From an uncultured Candidatus Saccharibacteria bacterium (GTDB taxonomy: Bacteria; Patescibacteriota; Saccharimonadia; Saccharimonadales; CAIOMD01): a stretch of 64,000 nt of DNA. The position numbers and the translations under genes were made by a program. The notes beneath the pieces are model-generated. The model was given only the letters and a program-made list of their open reading frames with translations. It ran no database searches and had not been told where the DNA came from. Shown here one piece after another: positions 1 through 11,871 of the stretch (position 1 is the first letter of the stretch; each line of letters starts with the position of its first letter). Where the stretch lies: contig OY970318.1 of assembly GCA_963716565.1 (NCBI GenBank), positions 644,284-708,283 of the forward strand. The letters are read 5' to 3'.

Positions 1-100
1 GGCAAGGTCAACAATCAGACATAAGGGCACAGTTAGTGTATCTATTGGTAATAGTGATGATTGTTGGTGACACTAAAGAAAAGCACTCTTGTCTAATGAG

Positions 101-1111
101 TTATTTATAACCATTTGGGTTCTTTGACTGCCAATTCCATGTATCTTTGCAACAGTCCAGAATTGACTTTTCGGCTTGCCACTTTAATTTATCTTTGGCC
201 AGCGATGGGTCGGCATAGTAACTGGCAATATCGCCGGGGCGCCTAGGCATAATCTCATAGTTGATTTCTTTACCACTGGCTTGTTTAAAGGCCTTTATCA
301 TTTCTAACACACTTGTGCCACGTCCAGTGCCAATGTTGTAGTAAGTATACACATCTGGCTTGGCGGGATATTCTAGGGCTGCTAAATGAGCTTTTGCCAA
401 GTCTACTACGTGTATGTAATCTCTTACGCCAGTTCCGTCTATGGTATCGTAGTCATCACCAAACACAGGCTGCTGTTTTAATTTGCCAATAGCTACTTGG
501 CTAATATATGGAACTAGGTTGTTAGGGATCCCATTCGGATCCTCGCCAATTTGGCCGGAAGAGTGGGCTCCAATGGGATTAAAATATCTAAGTGACGTAA
601 ATTGCCAACCGTTTTTTGTATTGGCGATATCTTTTAGCATTTGCTCAATCATCAATTTGGTTTGGCCGTAGGGGTTAGTAGCTCTTAGCGGTGCCGACTC
701 TTTTATGGGTACTTTATCTGGGTCGCCGTAAACAGTTGCCGATGAGCTAAAAACAAGCTGTTTAACACCAAATTCTTCCATGAGTTCTAATAATTCTAGA
801 GTGCCAGCAAGATTATTGCGGTAGTAAAGTAGGGCCTTGCTAACTGACTCGCCGACGGCTTTTAGTCCCGCAAAGTGTATTACGGCGCTAAATATATTTT
901 CTTCAAATACTTTGTGAAATTTCTTGTAATCTCGAATATCTAATTTATAAAACTTCACTTTCTTGCCAGTGACTTTTTCGACACGACTTATTGCTTCTTG
1001 GCTACTGTTAGATAGATTGTCTACAATAACAACATCATAGCCTTCGTTTAATAATTCAACTGTTGTATGGCTACCGATATAACCAGCGCCACCAGTAACT
1101 AGAATATTCAT
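101..1111 (-). CDS. galE: UDP-glucose 4-epimerase
   Basis: 336-aa ORF with the N-terminal Rossmann motif GGAGYIGSH and the extended-SDR catalytic YGQTK (YxxxK). Full-length GalE-like layout. Confidence 0.9.
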   Translation of the reverse strand: MNILVTGGAGYIGSHTTVELLNEGYDVVIVDNLSNSSQEAISRVEKVTGKKVKFYKLDIRDYKKFHKVFEENIFSAVIHFAGLKAVGESVSKALLYYRNNLAGTLELLELMEEFGVKQLVFSSSATVYGDPDKVPIKESAPLRATNPYGQTKLMIEQMLKDIANTKNGWQFTSLRYFNPIGAHSSGQIGEDPNGIPNNLVPYISQVAIGKLKQQPVFGDDYDTIDGTGVRDYIHVVDLAKAHLAALEYPAKPDVYTYYNIGTGRGTSVLEMIKAFKQASGKEINYEIMPRRPGDIASYYADPSLAKDKLKWQAEKSILDCCKDTWNWQSKNPNGYK

Positions 1112-1116
1112 AGCTG

Positions 1117-1473
1117 TTACCTCTTTGATAAGCGGATTGATATTTCTCTGTGCATTTCATGTACCTTACGTTCCAGGTAGCTTATCCTAGCATAGGCTTG
1201 GTTTGCAACATATAAGGCAAAGATGATTCCTGTAATCTGTATTACGTCAAATAAGCTTAAGGGTTCAGTCTGTGTAAGCTGATGTGAGAACAAGAAACTA
1301 TAGATGGGCTCAGCGAAGATTAACCCAGCGATGATTGCGACCCAGAACGTTAATCGAAAAACTAATTTGCGTCGTTTTATCCTCTTTAATTTATAAGAGA
1401 CTACAGAACTCATTATCCCGGCGGCGACTATCGGTATATTTAAGATAATCAAAAGTAAATATCTACTCACCAA
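1117..1473 (-). CDS. small integral membrane protein (DUF2304-like)
   Basis: 118 aa with 3-4 hydrophobic segments and a charged C-terminal helix. Overlaps the upstream GT2 gene, a pairing typical of DUF2304 next to GT2/rfb genes. Confidence 0.5.
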   Translation of the reverse strand: MVSRYLLLIILNIPIVAAGIMSSVVSYKLKRIKRRKLVFRLTFWVAIIAGLIFAEPIYSFLFSHQLTQTEPLSLFDVIQITGIIFALYVANQAYARISYLERKVHEMHREISIRLSKR

Positions 1474-2167
1474 AAAACTCCTTTGCTCGTCTTTGAGCCA
1501 GCGATTTAACTATATGTAAACCGTTCCAGTTATTTTGACCCTTAGCTATCGAATACGTTGTATATATGGCTTCTATAGGATATTCATCAATGGCCAATCC
1601 TTGTTGTCTAGCCCGCCAAAGCATTTCTGAGCAGAATTCAAAGCCATTGCTTTGCCAACTGAGTGATTGTAGGGCTTTATCGGAAAATATTCTTAAGCCA
1701 GACTGAGAGTCTGTGACTCTAACCCCATATAGCATGGAAGTGTAAATACTCAAGGCGTTATTACCAAACCTCTTTATCTTTGACATCCCAGCGCTGTTAG
1801 TCATCCTGCTCCCGATTAATAGATCTACGGGTTTTTTATTCATTTGTTCTAGCCCTTTGAGCAGGTCTTTGGGGCTATGTTGGCCATCTGCGTCTATAGT
1901 TGCGGCAATTGAAAAATCATTTTGTTTTGCATAAGTTAATCCTGTAGCCGTTGCGCTGCCCACACCATAATTAACTATATGCCTAATCACTTTTACGCCG
2001 GACTTTTTGGCGACCGAATAAGTGTCATCGCGAGAGCCGTCATCAACCACAATTATTTCGTAATTAAAATTTTGGTTACCCAAAACAGTCCTCAGCTCTT
2101 TTATTAATGGCCCAATAGCCTTGGACTCGTTATAAGCTGGTAGTATGATAGCGATTCTATTGGTCAT
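1463..2167 (-). CDS. family 2 glycosyltransferase (polyprenol-phosphate glycosyltransferase-like)
   Basis: 234 aa with GT-A signatures IILPAYNE, VVDDGSRDDT and DADGQH (DXD). Confidence 0.8.
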   Translation of the reverse strand: MTNRIAIILPAYNESKAIGPLIKELRTVLGNQNFNYEIIVVDDGSRDDTYSVAKKSGVKVIRHIVNYGVGSATATGLTYAKQNDFSIAATIDADGQHSPKDLLKGLEQMNKKPVDLLIGSRMTNSAGMSKIKRFGNNALSIYTSMLYGVRVTDSQSGLRIFSDKALQSLSWQSNGFEFCSEMLWRARQQGLAIDEYPIEAIYTTYSIAKGQNNWNGLHIVKSLAQRRAKEFFGE

Positions 2168-2169
2168 TG

Positions 2170-3030
2170 CTAGTTAACTAAGTTACGTAAATAATCCCCA
2201 TAGCCGCTTTTTGCAAACGTCTCGGCCTGTTTTAGGAGTTGATTGTCGTCTATAAAACCTTCGCGCCAAGCGATTTCTTCTATGCAGCCGATTTTGATGC
2301 CTTGACGCTCCTCGATAACCTGAACAAATTGTGAGGCTTGCTGCATGCTAGCAAAGGTGCCAGTGTCTAGCCAGGCTGTACCGCGATCTAGCAAGCAAAC
2401 TTTTAGTTTGCCTCGTTCTAAATAGGCGTTTTGAACTTCGGTGATTTCTATTTCGCCACGAGCGCTTGGCTTTACATTTTTTGCGATTTCTACAGCTTCA
2501 TTATCAAAAAAGTATAGGCCTGGTATGGCGTAGCTACTCTTTGGCTTCACTGGTTTTTCTTCTATGCTAACAACATTCATTTTGTTGTCGAATTCCACAA
2601 CGCCATAACGTTCTGGATCGGAAACTTGATGGCCAAAGATTACGCCGCCATCGGGATTGGTATATTGTTTTAATTTGTCGCCCATCTCGGAACCGTAAAA
2701 GATATTGTCACCCAGTATCATGGCCACTTTATCTTGGCCAATAAAATCGGCTCCTACTATGTAAGCATCGGCCAATCCGCGGGGTGCATCTTGTACTTTA
2801 TATGTGAATTTGCAACCAATTTGCTCGCCGGAGCCAAGCAACTGTTCGAATCGAGGAAGGTCAAGCGGTGTGGAAATTATTAAAATGTCGCGTATGCCGG
2901 CACTCATTAAAGTGCTTAGCGGGTAATAAATCATTGGTTTGTCGTAAACAGGCAATAGCTGCTTGCTGGTTGCCATTGTTATTGGGTAGAGCCTTGTGCC
3001 TGATCCACCAGCTAGTATGATTCCCTTCAT
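2170..3030 (-). CDS. rfbA: glucose-1-phosphate thymidylyltransferase
   Basis: 286 aa. N-terminal MKGIILAGGSGTRLYPIT and full-length RmlA-like sequence; lies in an operon with rfbD/C/B. Confidence 0.92.
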   Translation of the reverse strand: MKGIILAGGSGTRLYPITMATSKQLLPVYDKPMIYYPLSTLMSAGIRDILIISTPLDLPRFEQLLGSGEQIGCKFTYKVQDAPRGLADAYIVGADFIGQDKVAMILGDNIFYGSEMGDKLKQYTNPDGGVIFGHQVSDPERYGVVEFDNKMNVVSIEEKPVKPKSSYAIPGLYFFDNEAVEIAKNVKPSARGEIEITEVQNAYLERGKLKVCLLDRGTAWLDTGTFASMQQASQFVQVIEERQGIKIGCIEEIAWREGFIDDNQLLKQAETFAKSGYGDYLRNLVN

Positions 3031-3893
3031 TTTTTGAGCTCCTTATTTAGGTAAGTTTTTAAATCGTCTTGCCAGTTATGTGATTTAAATCCGACTCCAT
3101 GAATTTTAGATAAATTAAGAGTACTTTGCAAAGGCCTAGGGGCAATATTTTCTTTACCCGCAAAGTATTCTTTGGTTGATATGCCCGTTACTTTGGCGCT
3201 AAGACTGGCTTGTTCATAAATCTTTTTAGCAAAATCAGCCCACGAAACTGATTCGCCGTCGTTACTGACGTTATATGTGCCATATGGCACGCTAGTAGAA
3301 AGCAGATGGTCGATAGCTCTAACTAATTCAGCCGTAAAGGTAGGGCGACCAATTTGGTCTGATACAACTGACGGGTTTATGCCCTTATTAGCTAAATCTA
3401 ACATTGTTCTAACAAAGTTTTTACCGTCGCCAATAACCCAACTGGTTCTAACCAAATAATGTCTAGGGGCTAAACTAACAGCTATGTCTCCGGCTGCCTT
3501 AGTGGCGCCATAAACACTTAACGGGCTGAGTGCTTCATCTTCATCGTGGCTATCTTTTTGGCCATCGAATACGTAGTCTGTAGAAATATGAACCAACACA
3601 ATATCGTGTTTAGCCGTGACTCTTACTAAATTAGCTAAAGCTTTGGCATTAATTTGCCATGCCAAACTACGGCCTTCGGGCGTTTCGGCGCCATCAACAT
3701 TGGTGTAAGCGGCGGCGTTGATTAACACATCCACGCTAGACCAATCAAAGCTATCTACTTGTTTTGGGTCGCAGATATCAAGTTCTTTGGAATCAGTTGC
3801 TATTGCGCCGGGGTACTTTTTTTGTAAAGCTAGGCCCAATTGACCATTGCCGCCAGTTATAAGTATATTTTTTGGATTCATATTAATCCTCAA
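3027..3893 (-). CDS. rfbD: dTDP-4-dehydrorhamnose reductase
   Basis: 288 aa with ILITGGNGQLG (Rossmann), STDYVFDG and YGATK motifs. 4-nt overlap with rfbA. Confidence 0.88.
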   Translation of the reverse strand: MRINMNPKNILITGGNGQLGLALQKKYPGAIATDSKELDICDPKQVDSFDWSSVDVLINAAAYTNVDGAETPEGRSLAWQINAKALANLVRVTAKHDIVLVHISTDYVFDGQKDSHDEDEALSPLSVYGATKAAGDIAVSLAPRHYLVRTSWVIGDGKNFVRTMLDLANKGINPSVVSDQIGRPTFTAELVRAIDHLLSTSVPYGTYNVSNDGESVSWADFAKKIYEQASLSAKVTGISTKEYFAGKENIAPRPLQSTLNLSKIHGVGFKSHNWQDDLKTYLNKELKK

Positions 3894-4470
3894 AAGGAGT
3901 TATGTCTTTTAGGAGTGGTTGTTGGCGATCTTTGTCTGAAATTATGGCTTGGCCTAACGGTATGGGCCATTTAATTGCCAGGCCTGGGTCGGCTAAATTG
4001 GCATGGGTATAGTGAGCATCTGCAGACCAATGGGCGTCTACTAGGTAAACATAGTCGACATTGTTCGACAAGGCTTGGTAGGAATTGCCGCAACCCTTTG
4101 GTACGTATAGGGCTTTTTGTGGGGTAAGCTCAAAAGTTTCGACTACTCCAAAAGTTTCGCCTTTGCGCAAGTCTACAATGGCACAGAATGCTTTGCCCCG
4201 GGTTAGGGTTATGTATTTATTCCACGGCTCGGCATGAATACCGCGAGTGGCACCTAACTGTTCGTTAGACGAAGCATTACACTGAACAATCTTAAAATCT
4301 TTGGGGAAGCCTAGCGTAACCAACTTTTCTAGCTGAAAAGATTCTTTAAACCAGCCTCGTTCATCGCCAATGACTGCTAAGTCTATTAGTAACAAGCCAG
4401 GTATCTTTGTTTTGTGAACGGCTAAGTTGCGGTTTGCGTAAAGCGAAGAATCGTAATTATTAAACTGCAT
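3883..4470 (-). CDS. rfbC: dTDP-4-dehydrorhamnose 3,5-epimerase
   Basis: RmlC-like cupin (GDERGWFKESF, HAEPW). I place the start at the internal ATG at 4470 (MQFNNYD...), 2 nt downstream of the rfbB stop. The longer ORF-track N-terminus runs antisense-free through the rfbB 3' end and looks like read-through. Confidence 0.85.
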   Translation of the reverse strand: MQFNNYDSSLYANRNLAVHKTKIPGLLLIDLAVIGDERGWFKESFQLEKLVTLGFPKDFKIVQCNASSNEQLGATRGIHAEPWNKYITLTRGKAFCAIVDLRKGETFGVVETFELTPQKALYVPKGCGNSYQALSNNVDYVYLVDAHWSADAHYTHANLADPGLAIKWPIPLGQAIISDKDRQQPLLKDITPFED

Positions 4471-4471
4471 A

Positions 4472-5473
<1,002 letters not shown>

Positions 5474-5529
5474 CTATATTTTAACTTAAAAATTGTGAAT
5501 TTACTCCCTAAAAAGTGTAATATTACTAC

Positions 5530-6564
5530 ATGATTGTAGTAATTATCGCTGGCGGTTCGGGTACGCGCCTGTGGCCGCTGTCTACTAAGGGCTATCCGAA
5601 GCATCTATTAAAACTAACCAACGATAAAAGTATGTTGCAGAATACCTTTAGTCGGGTAAGCAGAGTGACATCGCTAGATAAGATTTTTGTTATAACAGAA
5701 ATATCGCATGTTGAGCATGTATATGAGCAACTAGCAGGGTTGAAAAAAGAGAATATATTAATTGAACCAGGTCGACGTGGTACGGCGTCGTGTTTAATTT
5801 ATGCCTTGAGCGAAATTAAAAAACGCGGGTTGCCAGATGAGCCAATATTATTTCACTGGGCAGATCATTTAATTAGAGACGAAGAGTCTTTCGCGTCTAC
5901 AATTTTACGGGCTGGCGAAGTGGCCGAGTCAGAGCAGAAGCTGGTATTTGTTGGGATAGATCCAACTTATCCGGCAACTTGCTTTGGCTATGTTGAGCGT
6001 GGCGAGCCTGTTAAAAATTGGCAAGAAGTTTATGAAGTAGTTAGGTTTAAAGAAAAGCCTGACCAAGAAACGGCCCAAGAGTTTTTGGCTAGTGGCCGAT
6101 ATGCTTGGAACACCGGTTATTTGGTTGGCACGACTGTTACTTTTGAGAGAGAACTTAAAATGCACTCCGAAGAACTTTGGCAGAACTATCAGAAGCTACT
6201 TGCAAACGATAATTTAGAAAAAACCTACCTGGATTTTGAAAATAATCCGTTAGAATATATATTTTCCGAAAAAGTTAAAGACGGCCTTGTTATTCTTTGT
6301 AGTTTTGATTGGATGGACGTTGGTTCGTTTAACGACCTGCACGATGTTAGCGCTAAGGACGAAAAGGGTAATCACGTTAAGGGTGAAAAGATAATTATAG
6401 ACGAAGTAACTAATAGTTTTATTCGCAACGAAACCGAAGTGCCACTAGCAGTTATTGGTTTAGATAATGTAGTTGTGGTGAACTCGCCAAACGGTGTTTT
6501 GGTGGTAAACAAAAACTTTGCCCAAAAAGTTAGCGACGTAGCCAAGAAAATCCAGAGTAATTAA
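5530..6564 (+). CDS. mannose-1-phosphate guanylyltransferase-like nucleotidyltransferase
   Basis: 344 aa. IIAGGSGTRLWPLS N-terminal NTP-transferase motif with ManC/CpsB-like length and pattern, and no C-terminal isomerase domain. Confidence 0.75.
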   Translation: MIVVIIAGGSGTRLWPLSTKGYPKHLLKLTNDKSMLQNTFSRVSRVTSLDKIFVITEISHVEHVYEQLAGLKKENILIEPGRRGTASCLIYALSEIKKRGLPDEPILFHWADHLIRDEESFASTILRAGEVAESEQKLVFVGIDPTYPATCFGYVERGEPVKNWQEVYEVVRFKEKPDQETAQEFLASGRYAWNTGYLVGTTVTFERELKMHSEELWQNYQKLLANDNLEKTYLDFENNPLEYIFSEKVKDGLVILCSFDWMDVGSFNDLHDVSAKDEKGNHVKGEKIIIDEVTNSFIRNETEVPLAVIGLDNVVVVNSPNGVLVVNKNFAQKVSDVAKKIQSN

Positions 6565-6587
6565 CTTTAGTAGAAATTAATAAATTC

Positions 6588-8423
6588 TTATTCTACAGTA
6601 ACCGATTTGGCTAGGTTGCGGGGCCTGTCTATGTCTAGCTTTTTTGCCAAAGCAACATAGTAGGCAAAAAGCTGTACAATAACGGCCTCTAATATTGGGG
6701 AGCATTGATCAAGTGTATTTGGAATTGTAATTATGTCGTCAGCCAGGCTTTGGAGTTTGCGTGCATTCTTGCTAGTACTGACAGCAATTATTTTGCCGCC
6801 CCTAGCTTTAATTTCTTGCATGTTAGATATGACTTTATCGCTTAATTCTTTACCATCTGCTAAGGCGAATGTAGGAAAGTCTTTATCTATCATGGCTAGT
6901 GGACCATGTTTCATCTCGCCAGCAGCATAGCCTTCGGCATGGATATAAGAAACTTCCTTTAGTTTTAGTGCTCCTTCCAAGGCAACCGGATATTCGTAGC
7001 CACGGCCGATGAATAAGAAATCACGATACTTTTTATATTTGTTAGCAATTTTTCTGATATCTTCGGCCTGCAGCAGTAGATGTTCGAGCTTATTAGGAAC
7101 GGCTACAATTTCTTTTAGGAGTTTGTGGAATAAGGGACTCTTTCCTTTGCCAAGCTTGAGCGCTATTAAAGTTAACACAGTAACTTGGGCAATAAAGGCT
7201 TTGGTGGAAGCGACGGATATTTCTGGGCCGGCGTGGCAGTATACTCCAGCATCAGTAATGCGCGAGATAGTTGAGCCTGGCGCATTAACTATACCTAAGC
7301 GTAGGATCCCGCTGCTTTCTACCTTTTTTAAAGCTGCTATAGTATCGGCCGTTTCGCCTGATTGTGAAATAGCCAGCATGGCAGTTTTGTTAGACAGCGG
7401 CTCGTTGCGATATTTGAATTCGGATGCTAGCTGAACTTCTACGGGGATTTGAGCAATTTCTTCTAACAAATATTCCCCAACTAAGCCGGCGTAATAAGAT
7501 GTACCGCAAGCTACAATTAATATCCGGTCAATTTCTTGTAGCCGGTTTTCTACCCGTTCTAGACCACCCAGCTTAACGCTGTTAGATTCTAAATTAGCTC
7601 GACCCAATATGGCCGATTGCACCGTTTTTGGGGCGTCAAAAATTTCTTTTAGCATGTAATGAGCAAAACCACCCAGGCTTGTCTTGATACTCTCGAGCTC
7701 TATTTGCTCTGGTTGGTGGTTAACGATTTTATTCTGTTTAAAGTTTTTAATTTTATATTTGTCTTTTGTAACAATTGCCAGTTCGTAATCTTCGAGGTAG
7801 ACAATCTTTTTTGCAGTATCGGCAACTGCTGAGGCATCTGAGCCAACCATCATGGCCGACTTGCTGATGCCAATTGCTAGTGGGCTGGAGAGTTTGGCAA
7901 TGTAGATATTATTGGGGTTGATCTTGGTAATCATGGCAATGGCATAGGCGCCTTCGAGTTTTTGGATGGCTGATTCAAAGGCTTTTTCGATATTGCCCGT
8001 TTTTTTGTAGAAGTAATCTATAAGCTGTGGAATCACTTCGGTATCAGTATTGGATAGAAAAGTATATCCATCTTTGGTTAATAATTCTTTAATAGCTTGG
8101 TAATTTTCGATTATGCCGTTATGCACTACAAAGATAGTGCCATCATTATTGCTGTGTGGGTGGGCGTTTATTTTTGTAGGTGCACCATGGGTTGCCCAAC
8201 GAGTGTGCCCAATAGCTAGGGGGATTGATGGTAGCCCGAGTGAGCTTATCTCTTTTTCTAGATTTTCGACTCGGCCGGCTTGTTTAACATTGTAAAAGCG
8301 ATTCTGTTTATCGCAAACTGCTATTCCGGCCGAATCATAGCCGCGGTATTCTAAATTATTTAAACCATTTATAACTGCCTTTACGCCATCGTTCTTGCCA
8401 ATATAACCTACAATTCCGCACAT
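6588..8423 (-). CDS. glmS: glutamine--fructose-6-phosphate aminotransferase (isomerizing)
   Basis: 611 aa. Starts MCGIVGYIG (Cys nucleophile after Met), has two SIS-domain regions, and ends LAKSVTVE. Confidence 0.93.
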   Translation of the reverse strand: MCGIVGYIGKNDGVKAVINGLNNLEYRGYDSAGIAVCDKQNRFYNVKQAGRVENLEKEISSLGLPSIPLAIGHTRWATHGAPTKINAHPHSNNDGTIFVVHNGIIENYQAIKELLTKDGYTFLSNTDTEVIPQLIDYFYKKTGNIEKAFESAIQKLEGAYAIAMITKINPNNIYIAKLSSPLAIGISKSAMMVGSDASAVADTAKKIVYLEDYELAIVTKDKYKIKNFKQNKIVNHQPEQIELESIKTSLGGFAHYMLKEIFDAPKTVQSAILGRANLESNSVKLGGLERVENRLQEIDRILIVACGTSYYAGLVGEYLLEEIAQIPVEVQLASEFKYRNEPLSNKTAMLAISQSGETADTIAALKKVESSGILRLGIVNAPGSTISRITDAGVYCHAGPEISVASTKAFIAQVTVLTLIALKLGKGKSPLFHKLLKEIVAVPNKLEHLLLQAEDIRKIANKYKKYRDFLFIGRGYEYPVALEGALKLKEVSYIHAEGYAAGEMKHGPLAMIDKDFPTFALADGKELSDKVISNMQEIKARGGKIIAVSTSKNARKLQSLADDIITIPNTLDQCSPILEAVIVQLFAYYVALAKKLDIDRPRNLAKSVTVE

Positions 8424-9544
8424 TTGTCCTCCAAGAATTTAATAATATTATTTGCAAAATTCTGTTGGCTGAATTCCTGAGCTTTGGCTGTTAAATCGGT
8501 TTGTTTAAATTTAGAGGCATCAAATTTTTTAATAGCGTCTACGAGCGAATCAAGTGTTTGACGTTCAAAAAACATACCAGTCTTACCAGGCACAACATAA
8601 TCTAAAGCACCACCGTCTTTGTAGGCAATTACTGGCGTACCGGCCGCCATAGCCTCTACTGGCGTGATGCCAAAATCTTCTACACCAGGAAATATGAAGG
8701 CTTCTGAGCTAGCAAAATAATCTACCATTTCGGTATCTGACACATTGGTAAAAAACTGAATAGTAGGGCCAGTCATTTTTACTAAATTTTTATGCTCCGG
8801 GCCAAACCCTATTATTTTTAGTGGTACTTCAAGTTTATTGCAGGCTTTGATTGCCAGATCGATTCTCCTATATGGAACCTGTCGCCCAGTAATAACGAAG
8901 CCATTTTTAGGGGTTTGGATTTTACAATCTGAAACTTGGAAACGGGCTATATCTACAGGCGGATGGATAACTATTGAATCACGATTATAGTATTTTTTAA
9001 TATCTTCTTTTATATGATTGGAGTTAGCAATAAAATAATCTGGCCTTTGAGCTACTTTATAATCCCATTTACGCATTGGGCCGGCAAATATTTTAAGGCC
9101 CAACCTAGCTAATGGGTTTAACCAACCAAACCCGGGGCTTTTTAAATACTCGTTATAGCGGCTCCAGTAATAATGGGTAGGGGCGTGACAGTAAGTTATA
9201 TGTATAGCGCCCGGTTTTAATTTTTTTATCGCCTTAGCTTCGGCTCCACTAGAACTAATAACTAGGTCGTATTCTTGTAAATCTAAATTCTCAAACGTGA
9301 AACGCCTTAATACTGGCAAAAGCTTGCGAAAGGTATTGTTTTTGGGTAGCTTCTGCAGCCAGGTTGTGCGAATGTCGGCGCCTTTAAAGCAGTCAAATTT
9401 TGTTGGGCTATATTGCGAAGTATAAATTGGAGCACTCGGAAACAGCTTGTGAAGCTCTAAGACAACTCGCTCGGCCCCGCCAATAGAAGTTAGCCAGTCG
9501 CAGACGATGGCAACTTTTAAATCTTTTAGCTTACTTTGCGCCAT
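8408..9544 (-). CDS. family 4 (GT-B) glycosyltransferase
   Basis: 378 aa with a C-terminal EX7E-type motif region (FPGVEDFGITPVEAMAAGTPVIA). Confidence 0.75.
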   Translation of the reverse strand: MAQSKLKDLKVAIVCDWLTSIGGAERVVLELHKLFPSAPIYTSQYSPTKFDCFKGADIRTTWLQKLPKNNTFRKLLPVLRRFTFENLDLQEYDLVISSSGAEAKAIKKLKPGAIHITYCHAPTHYYWSRYNEYLKSPGFGWLNPLARLGLKIFAGPMRKWDYKVAQRPDYFIANSNHIKEDIKKYYNRDSIVIHPPVDIARFQVSDCKIQTPKNGFVITGRQVPYRRIDLAIKACNKLEVPLKIIGFGPEHKNLVKMTGPTIQFFTNVSDTEMVDYFASSEAFIFPGVEDFGITPVEAMAAGTPVIAYKDGGALDYVVPGKTGMFFERQTLDSLVDAIKKFDASKFKQTDLTAKAQEFSQQNFANNIIKFLEDKCAEL

Positions 9545-10961
9545 TGCCTGTAAGTACGTTTATTACGGTGCGGAATAATATCTTAATATCTAGCCAGAAG
9601 CTCCAGTTTTCTACGTAGTACAAATCGATAGAACGGCGTTCTTCGAAGCTGATGTCGCGGCGGCCAGAGATTTGAGCCAAGCCAGTTAGGCCGGATTTAA
9701 CACTCAGGATGATATCTTTAAAAACATAGTTATCTAATTCACTCGGTACCAATGCCCTTGGGCCAACCCAACTAATATTGCCCTTTAAGATGTTGAATAT
9801 CTGGGGAAGTTCGTCCAGGCTGGTCTTGCGTAAGAACCGACCAACTCTTGTAACGCGGGGATCATTTTTAATGTAATCGCCATTGGCTCGATATTTTTCG
9901 GCTAAATTTGGTTTGCCCATTTTAGCAAAGGCTTCTTCTGGGCTTAGGCCTGAATAGGTTTTTTTATGAGTTCTGAATTTATAAATCTTAATTGGCGTGT
10001 TAAAGCGGCTAAGACGTTGTTGTTTAAAAACGATTGGCCCAAAATCCGACAGTTTAATGGTGATGGCAATAAGTACGTAAATTGGCGATAAAATAATGAT
10101 GGCAAAAAGTGACACGAAAATGTCAAATAAGCGCTTGGCTATACGCGCCCAGCCAGTTAAGGCGGTTCTGCTAACCGAAACTACTGGTAAGCCCTGAAAG
10201 AGCTCAACATCGATTTTATTGCTTAGCATGCCTTCATGGGTGGGTATGTATTTAAAGGCAGCGTGGCTAGACTGAGCGGCCGCTAAGGCAGCGTCAGCCT
10301 TTTGGCTGTCGTGCGATAGCCCGGCAAATAGCACGGTATGAATGTTTAGCTTTGCGATTTTACTCAAAGCCTCATCAAAGTCTTGATACTGATGCCCTTT
10401 GAACTTTTCTAACTGTTGGCTGGAGCACAAAGCCACAACCTTATAGCCCGTACGAGCTGGATGGTTAATGTAGCTGATTAAGTTATTTACCACCTTGCCG
10501 TCACCAATAATAAAGACATTGTTGATGCCTATGCCCCAGCGCCACATTGTCATTCGGCTAGATCTTAATAGGGTACGCACTAAAATTGAAAACAAAAGGC
10601 CAATAGCAGCGCCATAAACTGGCACTAACCGAGCCGGGAAAATAGCAGTATCGGCGGCGAAGTCATAGGTTATCATCAGCATAATGCCAATTAAGCAGCC
10701 AACAAACAGGCCGCCGATTTCCCGCCATCTATAATCGTAAATAGCTTTACGGTATAAGCCCAGAAGGGCAAAAATAATTATCCAGACCGGTAACAAGGTT
10801 AGCCATATTCTTAAGTAGTCAAAGGCAGCTATTTGGTTAATTAAAGGTCTAGGGTCAAAGGTAACGCGCAGTACATAAGCAATTACAAAAGCTGCCAGTA
10901 ATGCCAAAAAATCACCCACAATTAGCGTAAAAGCATATACAACCGAGGCATTATTTTTCAT
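9531..10961 (-). CDS. polyprenyl-phosphate glycosylphosphotransferase (priming sugar transferase, WbaP/CpsE-like)
   Basis: 476 aa. N-terminal multi-TM region plus a C-terminal bacterial sugar-transferase domain ([18 protein letters not shown]..., [22 protein letters not shown]). Confidence 0.85.
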   Translation of the reverse strand: MKNNASVVYAFTLIVGDFLALLAAFVIAYVLRVTFDPRPLINQIAAFDYLRIWLTLLPVWIIIFALLGLYRKAIYDYRWREIGGLFVGCLIGIMLMITYDFAADTAIFPARLVPVYGAAIGLLFSILVRTLLRSSRMTMWRWGIGINNVFIIGDGKVVNNLISYINHPARTGYKVVALCSSQQLEKFKGHQYQDFDEALSKIAKLNIHTVLFAGLSHDSQKADAALAAAQSSHAAFKYIPTHEGMLSNKIDVELFQGLPVVSVSRTALTGWARIAKRLFDIFVSLFAIIILSPIYVLIAITIKLSDFGPIVFKQQRLSRFNTPIKIYKFRTHKKTYSGLSPEEAFAKMGKPNLAEKYRANGDYIKNDPRVTRVGRFLRKTSLDELPQIFNILKGNISWVGPRALVPSELDNYVFKDIILSVKSGLTGLAQISGRRDISFEERRSIDLYYVENWSFWLDIKILFRTVINVLTGNGAK

Positions 10962-11034
10962 GGACTACATTGATTATAACAAAGGAGGCGCCAAGTTAGT
11001 GGCGTACCAAGCTGCAAGGTAAAAATATATTTAC

Positions 11035-11868
11035 TTGGCTTTTAGTGCTAAAATACAGTTTAAGATGCCAATAACAGAGAAGAAATCTTTTACCAGGGCC
11101 AAAAGAAAAAGCTTAAAATCTGCCAGATACGATAAAGATATTGCTAGTGAGCTTAACGGTAGTGATTACGATGTTATAACTAAGCCGTCTAGCCAGCTAA
11201 CTTACCAATTTATGGCAGATTATATTTCTAACGTTGCGCCAAATCTGCTAAAAAAAGACCTAAACGATATTCGTATACTCGACTGGGGTTGTGGAAAAGG
11301 CCATGTAAGTTATCTACTAAGCAAAAAGGGTGCCAAAGAGATTACTTATTGTGAAGTTGATAATTATCCGCACCGCCAATTATGGCCTCAAAATAAGACT
11401 CTAAAATACGTACCCTTAAAACATGATTGGCAATTGCCATTTAAGGACTCAGATTTTGACATTGTTCTGTCGGTGGGGGTTTTAGAACACGTACCATTTG
11501 ATTACAAATCGCTAGAAGAAATATCAAGAGTACTCCAGCCAAAAGGTGTCTTTATGTGTTTTAACTTACCAAGTTCTATGGGTTGGATACACCGAGTTAG
11601 CCATTTGCGGAAAAATTATTATCACGACAGGCTTTATAGCAAGAAGGAAGTAAAGAATCTTTTAAAAAGAGCTGGCCTAAAACCACTACACATCTGGCGC
11701 AGACAGCTGTTCCCTAAATTGACAGTAAATTATTCTCACCCAGTATTCTTTGAAAAATTAGATAACTTTTTAACTACCTATACGCCACTAAGGCTGTTTG
11801 CTACAAGCATTGAATTTATTGCCGTTAAGCAAACTTGCCACACTTCTGAGCAAGTAAATTCTTTATAG
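11035..11868 (+). CDS. class I SAM-dependent methyltransferase
   Basis: 277 aa with the ILDWGCGKG (motif I) Rossmann-fold MTase pattern. The start is uncertain: TTG at 11035 or ATG at 11065. Confidence 0.7.
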   Translation: MAFSAKIQFKMPITEKKSFTRAKRKSLKSARYDKDIASELNGSDYDVITKPSSQLTYQFMADYISNVAPNLLKKDLNDIRILDWGCGKGHVSYLLSKKGAKEITYCEVDNYPHRQLWPQNKTLKYVPLKHDWQLPFKDSDFDIVLSVGVLEHVPFDYKSLEEISRVLQPKGVFMCFNLPSSMGWIHRVSHLRKNYYHDRLYSKKEVKNLLKRAGLKPLHIWRRQLFPKLTVNYSHPVFFEKLDNFLTTYTPLRLFATSIEFIAVKQTCHTSEQVNSL

Positions 11869-11871
11869 CTA

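Noticed and set aside
7009-7434. 141-aa + strand ORF, and the other ORFs at 6733-6930 and 8113-8295, antisense to glmS
   Set aside because: They lie entirely within a full-length, highly conserved glmS on the opposite strand and have low-complexity translations.
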